DNA of 64,000 bases from a virus. Its lineage: Duplodnaviria > Caudoviricetes. Position 1 is the first letter of the stretch, and every line of letters begins with the position of its first letter. Shown piece after piece: positions 46,441 through 55,830 of this stretch. The stretch lies in the IMG/VR virus record IMGVR_UViG_3300028591_000081, positions 64,001 through 128,000 of that record. One strand, given 5' to 3'. The notes beneath the pieces are model-generated. The model was not told where the DNA came from. It did not search any database and saw nothing but the letters and a program-made list of their open reading frames with translations. The position numbers and the translations under genes were made by a program.

Positions 46441-48909
46441 TCAGTAGATGTTGCCGAAAGTTGGGTCTCCGATATTCTGGTGAAGCGGGTACGGCCCGAA
46501 GCGAAGTTTTAGCAACTGTGGCAAGTCGTGATCCAGAAGTATGGGATCTTGTGATAAGTCGATGATTCCGGCTGGCACCGGGTTAAGCATTTTTGTAATC
46601 CACTGGGTGAAGTGAAATCCTGATTCATACTTACGTCGATTCTCCCCTGAAGAGGTGTCCCACACAGTGGTTGTGAACCATCCTTCACTTATTCTACGTT
46701 TGCCAGTTGATTCATCGGTATGAATATAGCTTGTTTCGTTGTCGAACAAACCCTTGTGGAACCCTGATTTTACTGTGAAGGCTTTGTGGATATATACGAT
46801 GTCCATCTTCTGGATAGAGCGCGAGGACATCAAATAGTCTATTTCGGCACGCATTGTGTCGGACATCCTTGGGACTTCGTCAGTATCATCATTGTATTTG
46901 TACCCTTCGATGACATCCTTGATTCTCTGGAAGAAAATTTTTGTGTACTTGAAGGTGTTTTCAAAGTCCACTTCCTCAATGGTGGGGTCATTTTCAATGA
47001 ACACTTTCGACCATTCCGTGTTCACGTCATGGACAGCGCGTATCCATGTGTTTTCATACTCAGCCCATATTTGTGTTCCTGATGTGTTGTAGAAGGCAAT
47101 GTAACGCGTATTTTCCTCAAGTTCATATTTCTCTGACAAGCTCTTGTTTACGAAGATAACGCAGACCTGATCAAGCTCAATGACATCGTAATCGCCATTT
47201 GGATTTTCAATAGACACTCTCAATATGCAGTACGGGTGGTCTGGGTCATCTTCGTTTTTCAGGATTTTGTCAATCACATCCTCTTTGACGGAAAAGTTAC
47301 CCGTCATCCCATTGAATGGGTAGTCATCGTTTCCGTCTCCTTCTATCTTCAAGGCATGAATGGTGATAGTTGGAGACGACACGCTGAGGTCGGAAACGAG
47401 CGGTTTGCCCCCAATATGAAGGGAAGAGACCGGAGGTAGTGAAGCGGAAAGGGTTTGTTTGTTCACCGTATAAGCACTTATGTAGTTGTCAAAGTTGTAC
47501 CCAGTGTAGGTGTAAGAGCTGACATCATAAAATACCTTCAGGGAAATCTTTTCGTATGGGATGGTTTCAATGACTTTAGAGCGCACTTGCACTCCATCAA
47601 CATACAGGGGATCGCTGGTTAAAATGGGGTCTCCGGTGTACATTTTTGAAGGGTCTCTGGTCTGCTGTTGAGCCTTGAGAGATTCGAGATATGCTTTCAT
47701 GTCTGAAGTGTACTTTACTACGGCGTCTTTTATCTGGATTTTAACCGCATTTGGAGTAATGTGGGTAAGCAGTTTTTTCATTGAGACGTACTCCAAAGTT
47801 TCAATGAGTGCGATGAAGTCTCCAATGAGAAAGGACACCACAGAACCTTGACTATGTTCTGCGAAGAAGTTCCTAACTCGGATCAACTCATTACGCATTG
47901 CTCGGTATGTCGAAGGATTCCTCCCTATACCATGATGATACTGGCCATCTACAAACATGTCCGGTATGGTCACTTCAAAAGGAGTCGTGATCGTGAGAAC
48001 CCGATTTGTTGGATTCTGGACGGTTGTAGAGGTATTGTTCGACGCCTCTCCTGCGATGGTGCCTGTGTACATATAGAGGGAACGCTTTTTGTACGACAAG
48101 GACAAGGTCGTATTGAGATTTAAGTCGTGTGATAATGGACTCGGATAGTTCGTTGGAATGTAGGCCATCATATACGGGAGCGCGTTGTAGGCTGAAAACG
48201 GAATGTAGATGCAGGGTCTTTCAGGTATGAAAGACTTGGATTTACATCTCGTCGTATATTTTAATCCAGTTTCCGCAGGGTGTTCCATTTCTCGTGAATA
48301 GGTGTTGTCCGTTCTTTTCCTGCCGGTTACTGAGGCGTGATGAACGATTCTTCCGCATAATGCATTATTGTCTCTCTTTTGAACAAGCCACCCACGAACC
48401 ATTTTTGGTACAGACAGTCCCTTCTTGTGCTTCTTTGAGTACACCCACACTTTGACTTTGAACCATCCATAGTAAATACCCATAGGGTACTGTCTTCTCG
48501 GCATGGTGCGATCTTCAACATATCTCTGATTTCTGTCGTTCATCTTGTAGAACACGCCGTCCTGCACGTACCTTACGCTATCGGTGTGGGCGAGACGGCA
48601 CAGGTTAAGATGCACGCTGAGAGGGACTCCAGAATCCAGCTCACACAGTATCCCAGACTGCTCGTTCTCGTAAGGCTCAAGGATGTCTTGGCCGGACTTT
48701 TCAGGGTCTCGGAAGGACGGCACGGCATACGAGGCCATGCGTGTATTCAGGAAGTGAGAATGCGCGTCCCGTCGAAACATGTTGCCTGAATTGGCGACAT
48801 CTCTACGAATCAGAACGTTAGAGAACAGCTTGTGATAGTGTGACGACTTGTGGTGGATAATGAATTTCCCGTTTCGAGATTTTTTGATGATTGTGTAGCT
48901 TTTTCGCAT
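46441..48909 (-). CDS. large hypothetical protein, probable virion structural protein
   Basis: 822 aa; last gene of the minus-strand block; TATCGAA upstream. Confidence 0.6.
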   Translation of the reverse strand: MRKSYTIIKKSRNGKFIIHHKSSHYHKLFSNVLIRRDVANSGNMFRRDAHSHFLNTRMASYAVPSFRDPEKSGQDILEPYENEQSGILCELDSGVPLSVHLNLCRLAHTDSVRYVQDGVFYKMNDRNQRYVEDRTMPRRQYPMGIYYGWFKVKVWVYSKKHKKGLSVPKMVRGWLVQKRDNNALCGRIVHHASVTGRKRTDNTYSREMEHPAETGLKYTTRCKSKSFIPERPCIYIPFSAYNALPYMMAYIPTNYPSPLSHDLNLNTTLSLSYKKRSLYMYTGTIAGEASNNTSTTVQNPTNRVLTITTPFEVTIPDMFVDGQYHHGIGRNPSTYRAMRNELIRVRNFFAEHSQGSVVSFLIGDFIALIETLEYVSMKKLLTHITPNAVKIQIKDAVVKYTSDMKAYLESLKAQQQTRDPSKMYTGDPILTSDPLYVDGVQVRSKVIETIPYEKISLKVFYDVSSYTYTGYNFDNYISAYTVNKQTLSASLPPVSSLHIGGKPLVSDLSVSSPTITIHALKIEGDGNDDYPFNGMTGNFSVKEDVIDKILKNEDDPDHPYCILRVSIENPNGDYDVIELDQVCVIFVNKSLSEKYELEENTRYIAFYNTSGTQIWAEYENTWIRAVHDVNTEWSKVFIENDPTIEEVDFENTFKYTKIFFQRIKDVIEGYKYNDDTDEVPRMSDTMRAEIDYLMSSRSIQKMDIVYIHKAFTVKSGFHKGLFDNETSYIHTDESTGKRRISEGWFTTTVWDTSSGENRRKYESGFHFTQWITKMLNPVPAGIIDLSQDPILLDHDLPQLLKLRFGPYPLHQNIGDPTFGNIY

Positions 48910-48940
48910 AATGTACCCATAGCAAGAAGAGACTTACGAT

Positions 48941-48947
48941 TTCGATA
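48941..48947 (-). promoter_or_regulatory. putative late promoter TATCGAA
   Basis: In the short gap upstream of 48909. Confidence 0.5.
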
Positions 48948-48963
48948 GCTCCTGACCCGGCTT

Positions 48964-49950
48964 TTAGTTGTAGTCTCGAATCTTTTCGAGGTCTTCCACA
49001 GTTACCTTTGGAATCAGTACACGAACTGGCTTCTTCAGGTTCGGGTCTTCCCACGTGGCTTCCTTTTCACCACTGGAGTTCACTACCCATACTGGAGTCT
49101 GTAACAGCGTGGCACAGGTAAATCCTTTATACAGGGCTTTCCCGAGAACCCCGGGGGTTGCCTCGTAGAACGTGTAGTATCCAAGCCCTCCATCGCCGTC
49201 ATCAAACTCTGTGTTATGTTCAAGTTCCAAGCGATGGAGGTACGTGTAGTTCTTCGAGCTTTCCACGTTCGTGAAGGAAGGAACCATCGGTGAAATCCCA
49301 GCGTAACATACCACGGATCGGTAGGTCTTGTTTCGATGTAACTCGGAAGATTTCCACGACGGGTATCCCTCACTGTCGATCTTGTTCAGAGAGATGTCAG
49401 TAACCATGTAGGACTTCTTCTGATTGATGTGAACTTCACGATACAGAGACTGGTCAGCGGCATCGGAGGCATCGTCAATTTCCAGTTTCTGGAGCATTTT
49501 GCTACTGAGGAAGACCTGAATCCCAAGAGGTTCCCCTATCCCGGTTTCAAAGAACTGCTCAGTTTCTGCCCATTCCAGAATTTCTTTCCATGCCTTGAGA
49601 GCGATTAGGTATCCTGTGTCGGTGAGGCTTTTGCGTTCATCCGGCTGGTACATTTCGTCGGCGATGAAGATGAATCCGTCGGTGTAGAGTACCTTATGAA
49701 ACATCCGCTCGACCGGGGTCTCTTTCAGGTAGAAGTTGAATAAGCGTCGGTAAGCGTTTTGTCGAATTTGTTCAGTAGTCAGGCCCTTTGTGACCTCTTC
49801 CAAAGCCTCGATGCGTTGTTTGCCATGTGTTCCGAGTCGGAATACCGTGAATGTACCGTCGGCATTCCGAAGGAATAAGTTTCCGTACATGTATGGTAGT
49901 AAAATCATCGGTTTCCTCCAGTTACTCAGCCACGATATAATCACGCCCAC
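48964..49950 (-). CDS. hypothetical protein, probable structural (start possibly near 49908)
   Basis: ORF in the minus-strand block; GGAGG precedes the internal Met of MILLPY. Confidence 0.6.
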   Translation of the reverse strand: MGVIISWLSNWRKPMILLPYMYGNLFLRNADGTFTVFRLGTHGKQRIEALEEVTKGLTTEQIRQNAYRRLFNFYLKETPVERMFHKVLYTDGFIFIADEMYQPDERKSLTDTGYLIALKAWKEILEWAETEQFFETGIGEPLGIQVFLSSKMLQKLEIDDASDAADQSLYREVHINQKKSYMVTDISLNKIDSEGYPSWKSSELHRNKTYRSVVCYAGISPMVPSFTNVESSKNYTYLHRLELEHNTEFDDGDGGLGYYTFYEATPGVLGKALYKGFTCATLLQTPVWVVNSSGEKEATWEDPNLKKPVRVLIPKVTVEDLEKIRDYN

Positions 49951-52000
49951 TGAAGTTCCGCAAGGACAGCTTCATACCGTTTCCGGTCTGGGCCATGTAT
50001 AGGAATTCCCCCATCGAGTGTTCGTCAATGAAGCAGGTTTTCAGAATCGGCTTGTATTCTGCCCCACCTGTCAATCCTCGTTTGGGAAACAGGTTTTCAA
50101 GGTTCTTTGCGAACACCCTCCACTGCGTTGAGAGTAGCCACGTTGGGTCGGTCATGGGGTCAGCGGCATTGTTGCTTGGATCGTGGGCGGCAAAAGACTT
50201 CGCATAATATCCCGGTATGGTCACGTTCATTGGCTTGGCCAGTCTGTACTTATTGACATCTGCCTCTGTCCACGGGTCTACTCGGAAGGTGTGAGGCGAG
50301 TTCTCTCCAGTCTGATCAGGCCCGTAGTCGTCTGCTTTGGTAGATCGTCTGGACACCTTGTAGTAAGACGGAGCCTCTTGGGTTCCCACATTGACAAATT
50401 TGCAAAGAGTTCCACCATCACTTTTGTACTGGGATCGATCCTTGTTCTCGATAAATACATAGGGGGTTTGGATGTCCTGCCATTTCGGAACACACCCATG
50501 ACTAGCATTATACGCAAAGGAACCAACGGAGTATTTTGTGATCAGTTTCAGGTCAGCATTGGTCAGGGAACGCAAAGAGCCTATTTGAACCAAGGCTTCC
50601 TGAGAGGCAATCCTCCACATCAGAGAATTGCTAGGATTACCGCTAAATAGGTAATGCGCCGACACATTGCTTACAGCCAGAATGAGCATGAGAATATAAT
50701 CGCATGACCATGTTGTCGTGACATGTCTGGTATAATTCTTTGCGATATCGTAAGCTGATCGGTGAACCAGTTTTGGCGACACAAATAGGACGCTATTGTT
50801 CAAGAGGTCACGGAAAATCACGTTACCTCCTTCCTCATCTTCGACGCAGGGAATGCAGTGCTTGGAGTACAGAAACTTGCTGGCAGATTTTGTGAGCTTT
50901 GGGAGCTTGTATCTGGGGATTCCCTTGTACTCTACCTCTCCGTGACGGTTTGTGAAGGGTTTAACATTGTGCATCTTGTTCGGTGTGAATTTCAGAAACA
51001 GGTTTGCGCTTTTCTCAGGGTACACATGAGTTCCCACTCTCCAGACCGAAACTCGGTATGTACGGTCGCCCAGCACTTCGGTCTTGAAGCAAGTTCCGTC
51101 CAGAAAGTATCTGGTGTCACATAGATTGGACAGAAACGGTGATCGAAATTCTGGGTTGATGCTGTTGGGACGGTCGGACGATTCCATAAGCCATTTCGTA
51201 CCGTCTGAGTCTACGCTGTAATACTTCCACCAAAGGGTGGTGCCTGTGCTGTATTCCATCACGCGACCACAATCCCATTCATATTTTGTACCCTGACTTA
51301 TTTCGTTGGTATTCAGAGATTCTTGTAAGGAGGCGTGCTGTTCTGAGCTGTATATGGTGGTTTTCTTGTTGATGGTGAACCCAAAGGTGTCGAAGGGAAG
51401 CATTCCGTTGTTGTAGATGGGGTCAAAGTCTGTTACCACTCCAGAATCATTATAGATTCTTCCTATGAGCAAAGTCATAAAAGGTTTCGGAAGTTCCTTC
51501 TGAAGAAGTTCTGACTCCAGCACTCCCTCGCCGGAGGTCTTCACACACACTTCCCCGATTCCTTTTCCATAGGTAATATCTGCACTGCTGTCCGACAGGG
51601 TGTAGCCAATCAGGGTGAGCGGGTTGTCTGGGTCAATCCTGTACGTAGGAACCGGAGCACCTCCGGTATTGGTAATACTCTCTGTGGTGTCGATGAGGAT
51701 TTTAGACAGATCCATATAGTACACGGCCCGCAGGTACTTAAACCCATTGACTGGGACTTTTGACAGGTCGATGGTGTTGAGGTCAATGACGCACTTCCTG
51801 TCGGAGTTGTAGCTTGAGAACCCGCCGTACTTCCATTTGAAGCCGATCTGTCGATGTCTGTGCCAACCACACCATGCCTTGTAGACAAACGTCTGTCCCC
51901 ACAATGCGTCCAGAACAGACACCAGCTTGGAGTAGAACACGTTGGCGGCGTCATCAATGAGGGGCGTCAGAAGCTCCTCTAAAGTCATTTTCTTTGCCAT
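49922..52000 (-). CDS. large hypothetical protein, probable structural
   Basis: 692 aa; GAGG RBS. Confidence 0.6.
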   Translation of the reverse strand: MAKKMTLEELLTPLIDDAANVFYSKLVSVLDALWGQTFVYKAWCGWHRHRQIGFKWKYGGFSSYNSDRKCVIDLNTIDLSKVPVNGFKYLRAVYYMDLSKILIDTTESITNTGGAPVPTYRIDPDNPLTLIGYTLSDSSADITYGKGIGEVCVKTSGEGVLESELLQKELPKPFMTLLIGRIYNDSGVVTDFDPIYNNGMLPFDTFGFTINKKTTIYSSEQHASLQESLNTNEISQGTKYEWDCGRVMEYSTGTTLWWKYYSVDSDGTKWLMESSDRPNSINPEFRSPFLSNLCDTRYFLDGTCFKTEVLGDRTYRVSVWRVGTHVYPEKSANLFLKFTPNKMHNVKPFTNRHGEVEYKGIPRYKLPKLTKSASKFLYSKHCIPCVEDEEGGNVIFRDLLNNSVLFVSPKLVHRSAYDIAKNYTRHVTTTWSCDYILMLILAVSNVSAHYLFSGNPSNSLMWRIASQEALVQIGSLRSLTNADLKLITKYSVGSFAYNASHGCVPKWQDIQTPYVFIENKDRSQYKSDGGTLCKFVNVGTQEAPSYYKVSRRSTKADDYGPDQTGENSPHTFRVDPWTEADVNKYRLAKPMNVTIPGYYAKSFAAHDPSNNAADPMTDPTWLLSTQWRVFAKNLENLFPKRGLTGGAEYKPILKTCFIDEHSMGEFLYMAQTGNGMKLSLRNFSGRDYIVAE

Positions 52001-52014
52001 GGTATCCTCTCCTG

Positions 52015-53853
52015 TTAGAATCCGATGATGTATCCGTAGCGGTCAATCTGGTTGGCCACACGTTCCGCACTAATCATGTAATCATTCATCATCATTTCCA
52101 GATTCTTTTGGTCAATGACGGTCTTGCCTGTACCATCCGGCACAGCCTGTCCTACATCAAACACGTAATCTTCTGCCCGCATTACGTCCACGGAGGCCGC
52201 GTCTTTCATGTGGTAAATGGCTATCTGCTTTACGATAAAGGAACGGTCAACTTCTGGGAACTTAGAGATGGCAAAAGGATTCAGGTTTACTCTGAGAAGA
52301 ACGTAGGTAGGGAACATGTCATCGGTAGCAAGACGCCAGAAACGACCTCCATACAGGAAAGTATCTGCCGCCTCTTTCTCGGCTTCACAGACAAGTTCTG
52401 CTGTACCATGGACAAACGTCAGGAAGTTGAAGGCATTATACCATCCCGAGAGTATCCATCGGTGTCTGCGACGCTGGAATGCCGCGTATTTTTCTTTGTC
52501 TGTAATCAGGGGTACCGTTACCTCATCGGAGTAAGTGTATCCTTCCGAGGTGACAGCGCGAGTGTTGTAGTACACACCGTCGTTGACAAACAGGGGTTTG
52601 TTGTAGTCTTCGTCAGTAGAGTTCAAGTCGTCGAGGTATGCCACCGGGAATATGGGATAGTTACGATCCCGCTCCATATCGGTCAAAGGCATTCCATAAG
52701 GTTTGTTGTCGGCAGTGTATCCGTTCAGATACCGTGCGGCATCTCTGTCTTCATACATGTCGCTGTATTCGGTAGAGATAGGCTTACTTCCTGTTCCTAC
52801 GGTCGAACCACTGCTCTCGTCTTCCGTTGTGGGACGATTTCTTCTGTCGTTGGAACGATCTCGTACATAATCGGTCAAAACTAGGAAAGGCTGAGCTTTC
52901 ATCTCATGGTATCGCGCAGTCCTTCTGGCCAGCAACTCGGCTTCTGACCAATCTGTCCATACCGGGTCATAAATAGGCAATCCGTTACTGTCTAAGACAA
53001 CATTTCCAAACTCATCCAGTCTTGCCTCCGTTTTCTGCGTACCATCCGGATTGAGTACAGGTTTCCTGCTGTCCGGCTTCTCACTCAGACGCTGGTTGGT
53101 GTTTTCAGCTACCGTAGCAAACTGAATAAGAGAATGGCGGAGTCCTGCAAGATCAAAACACAATCCCTTTTCTGTATCGTCATCTTCTGACTTACCAGCC
53201 GAACGCGTGGCATAGTATTCAGTACTGTCCCCTTCTGCTTTTCCGTTGGTGAGGAAATAATCGCGAAATACCATGGCATAGGCATTTGGATCGTACTGAT
53301 CATGGTAGGCTTTCAGAATTTGACGCGCCGAGATCCTTGTATCCGATGATACAAATAGAGGGTCTCGGTCATTGTCATAGGCAAAGTACAGTTCGGCCTT
53401 CCCTTCAGGATTCAACTGCATACAGAGAGGGTGTTCAGACAGGTACTTCACCATAGGTTCGGTACGCGTGGTTGTCAGGAGCATCATCACAGGCAGGGTG
53501 TACTCGAAGGTCGGAATGTCGTGCCAGTCACCGTCCTCTGTACCCCAAGTTACTACTGGAGATTCAATCATGCATCCACATCCACAAGGACACGGTCTGT
53601 ATTTCGGATTGGTACTCCCAGAAGGGGGGATAGGCTCGATACCCGGGGTGTCACTGCCGTCGGAAGAGTCAGAGTTCGGATTGTTCTGGTTACTGAGCTG
53701 GCGGCTATTGCACGGAGGTGCTTTGGGCATGTTCTCAGTAGTCCACTGATGTCCACCAGCTCCAAAAGCAAACCAAACCCCGCCGCCACTGTTGCAGAAT
53801 TTCTTGAACTCGCGTGCTTTGACATAACGTCCATAGTCTGTAAAGATACCCAT
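52015..53853 (-). CDS. probable baseplate/tail structural protein
   Basis: 612 aa; AAGGAG RBS; termini (FTDYGR..WFAFG; PTYVLLRV..KQIAIY) recall myovirus baseplate wedge proteins. Confidence 0.5.
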   Translation of the reverse strand: MGIFTDYGRYVKAREFKKFCNSGGGVWFAFGAGGHQWTTENMPKAPPCNSRQLSNQNNPNSDSSDGSDTPGIEPIPPSGSTNPKYRPCPCGCGCMIESPVVTWGTEDGDWHDIPTFEYTLPVMMLLTTTRTEPMVKYLSEHPLCMQLNPEGKAELYFAYDNDRDPLFVSSDTRISARQILKAYHDQYDPNAYAMVFRDYFLTNGKAEGDSTEYYATRSAGKSEDDDTEKGLCFDLAGLRHSLIQFATVAENTNQRLSEKPDSRKPVLNPDGTQKTEARLDEFGNVVLDSNGLPIYDPVWTDWSEAELLARRTARYHEMKAQPFLVLTDYVRDRSNDRRNRPTTEDESSGSTVGTGSKPISTEYSDMYEDRDAARYLNGYTADNKPYGMPLTDMERDRNYPIFPVAYLDDLNSTDEDYNKPLFVNDGVYYNTRAVTSEGYTYSDEVTVPLITDKEKYAAFQRRRHRWILSGWYNAFNFLTFVHGTAELVCEAEKEAADTFLYGGRFWRLATDDMFPTYVLLRVNLNPFAISKFPEVDRSFIVKQIAIYHMKDAASVDVMRAEDYVFDVGQAVPDGTGKTVIDQKNLEMMMNDYMISAERVANQIDRYGYIIGF

Positions 53854-53884
53854 ACCGTTCTCCTTAGGTCAACCACCTTTGTAC

Positions 53885-53891
53885 TATCGAA
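53885..53891 (+). promoter_or_regulatory. TATCGAA motif upstream of infA
   Basis: Intergenic; a TATCACA variant lies on the minus strand at 53915-53921. Confidence 0.4.
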
Positions 53892-53941
53892 ACCACCGTA
53901 ACTACGGCATTTAGTGTGATATTGACGTATGGAGATGGGCA

Positions 53942-54166
53942 ATGAGCGGAAAACAAAAAGAGGAAGGAATCCTGATGAACGGCACCGTTTTGGAAGCGTT
54001 ACGAAACGCCATGTTCAGAGTAAAGATCGAAACTGGTCAGGAAGTTCTGGCCCACGTGTCTGGGAAGATTCGAAAGTTCTTTATCAGGATACTCCCCGGC
54101 GACACCGTGACCGTAGAGCTGTCCCCTTACGATCTGACTCGTGGCCGTATCATCCATCGTAAGTGA
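53942..54166 (+). CDS. infA: translation initiation factor IF-1
   Basis: [14 protein letters not shown]...[35 protein letters not shown]. Confidence 0.96.
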   Translation: MSGKQKEEGILMNGTVLEALRNAMFRVKIETGQEVLAHVSGKIRKFFIRILPGDTVTVELSPYDLTRGRIIHRK

Positions 54167-54171
54167 TCTGA

Positions 54172-54213
54172 TGTGGTGCTGGGTCTCGGAGAACCTAAAT
54201 TTCGTGCTATAAA
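54172..54213 (+). promoter_or_regulatory. GGTGCTG-box promoter
   Basis: TGTGGTGCTG-N23-TG-C-TATAAA. Confidence 0.75.
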
Positions 54214-54310
54214 CAAGGCATGAGCAGACAATGAATCTGTTCAGTAGTCTTGGAGGAAGCGTAAGAACCAGACGGATACACATGCATCCTTGGAACAAAG
54301 GAGAGGGTTT

Positions 54311-54502
54311 ATGAAAGAGAAACGTAAGGTAAATGTTCGGGAAGCCTGCAAACGATATTCGAAGCGAGTTGAGGCGAAACGTCGTAAGATGGAGAGTGAG
54401 AACGACATTGATCAGATGATGCTTCAAATCATGCAGGATGCGATGCCTAATTCTGATGTAGAGATTCGTCCTGACGGCTCTATGGAAATCACTCAGGAGT
54501 AA
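54311..54502 (+). CDS. small hypothetical protein
   Basis: AGGAGAGG RBS before ATG 54311. Confidence 0.6.
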   Translation: MKEKRKVNVREACKRYSKRVEAKRRKMESENDIDQMMLQIMQDAMPNSDVEIRPDGSMEITQE

Positions 54503-54553
54503 TCAATGGCGATACAGAAGTTCCTTTCCACATCGACGGACGAGAGGTGCTAA

Positions 54554-55357
54554 GTGTCTACGATCAAACCTCTCGTCAAGTGGTCTGGTAGTAAGCGTTC
54601 TCAGGCCGACCGACTGGCTTCATTTATTCCGTCCTTTCGACGTTATTACGAGCCTTTTGTCGGCGGTGGATCTATGCTTTACCGCGTCGGTCCAGAGGAG
54701 GCCGTGGTCGGAGATTCCTGCAAACCATTGATTGATCTGTGGGAGGCCATAAAGACTTTTCCAAATCGTCTGGCTTCAGAATACAGGTCTCTGTGGGAAG
54801 CGTTGCAAAAGGACAATGACTTTTATTACATAGTTCGAGAGCGGTTTAATGCGTACCAAGAACCTTGGGACTTTCTGTTTCTCACTAGAACGTGCATGAA
54901 CGGGCTGATCCGGTTCAATAGGGAAGGTAAGTTCAACACGTCCTTTCATATAGGAAGGCCCGGCATCCATCCAGATACCATGGACGCCATTATTCTCGAT
55001 TGGCATCAGAAACTTCACGGCGTGGTCTTCGTCAGTGGGGATTTCACGGAAACCTTGAGAACCGTAACTGCCGAAGACTTCGTGTACCTCGACCCACCAT
55101 ACTTCCACACCAAGGGCATGTATGGAGAAACATTCGAATCTTCGCGCCTCTGGGAATGTCTTGAACACCTGAACCGAACAGGGGTTCGGTGGATGCTATC
55201 TTATGATGGAAAGTCCGGCGATGGAGACCATACCGTGGATATCCCGCAAAACCTGTACAGACGGCATGAGTATATCCAGTCCGGGATTTCCTCATTCAAG
55301 AGGATCGTGAAGAAGGAGAAGGCTATGGTCTACGAATCGTTATACCTCAACTTCTAG
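54554..55357 (+). CDS. dam: Dam family DNA adenine methyltransferase
   Basis: KWSGSK, YYEPFVGGGS, NGLIRFNREGKFN, FVYLDPPY. Confidence 0.92.
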   Translation: MSTIKPLVKWSGSKRSQADRLASFIPSFRRYYEPFVGGGSMLYRVGPEEAVVGDSCKPLIDLWEAIKTFPNRLASEYRSLWEALQKDNDFYYIVRERFNAYQEPWDFLFLTRTCMNGLIRFNREGKFNTSFHIGRPGIHPDTMDAIILDWHQKLHGVVFVSGDFTETLRTVTAEDFVYLDPPYFHTKGMYGETFESSRLWECLEHLNRTGVRWMLSYDGKSGDGDHTVDIPQNLYRRHEYIQSGISSFKRIVKKEKAMVYESLYLNF

Positions 55358-55362
55358 CAAGA

Positions 55363-55710
55363 TTACCATGAGTAAATGCGCGTGGTTTTGTCGTACACAA
55401 TCTTCCCGGAAGCAATGCTCTGTTCAACGATCTGCTTGGCATATTTCGGCATCATTCTCTGGACAGATTCCATCTGCTTGGCTGTCAGGAAGTTCTTTTC
55501 AAGGTACTGCTCGGCCAGCGAAGAACCAAACTCTGCGTCATTCTGAGTGAACCCGCACCCGTCCTTGAACATGGTACACTGGGCCTCTCTTTCGGATTCG
55601 TTCTGGTTCTCGTAGATTCTCAGAAGGGCTCGGACGGCCTGTTTAGGGTTGGACTGAATCTGCTGTTTTAGGGTGTCTACAATAGCCTTTTTGCTCTTGA
55701 ACTGCGCCAT
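55363..55710 (-). CDS. hypothetical phage protein
   Basis: GGAGG RBS before ATG 55710; has its own GGTGCTG-box promoter. Confidence 0.7.
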   Translation of the reverse strand: MAQFKSKKAIVDTLKQQIQSNPKQAVRALLRIYENQNESEREAQCTMFKDGCGFTQNDAEFGSSLAEQYLEKNFLTAKQMESVQRMMPKYAKQIVEQSIASGKIVYDKTTRIYSW

Positions 55711-55759
55711 AACTTCCTCCATGTCTTATGGGATCACTGAACATCAGTGATTATGCCGT

Positions 55760-55801
55760 ATCGTATCAAACTTTGATGCGTGTCTTGTATTCAGCACCAC
55801 G
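55760..55801 (-). promoter_or_regulatory. GGTGCTG-box promoter (minus strand)
   Basis: Reverse complement reads CGTGGTGCTG-N23-TG-A-TACGAT; overlaps a plus-strand TATCAAA at 55764-55770. Confidence 0.78.
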
Positions 55802-55830
55802 GAATTTCTCTTCTATCCCAAGGAGTCTTT

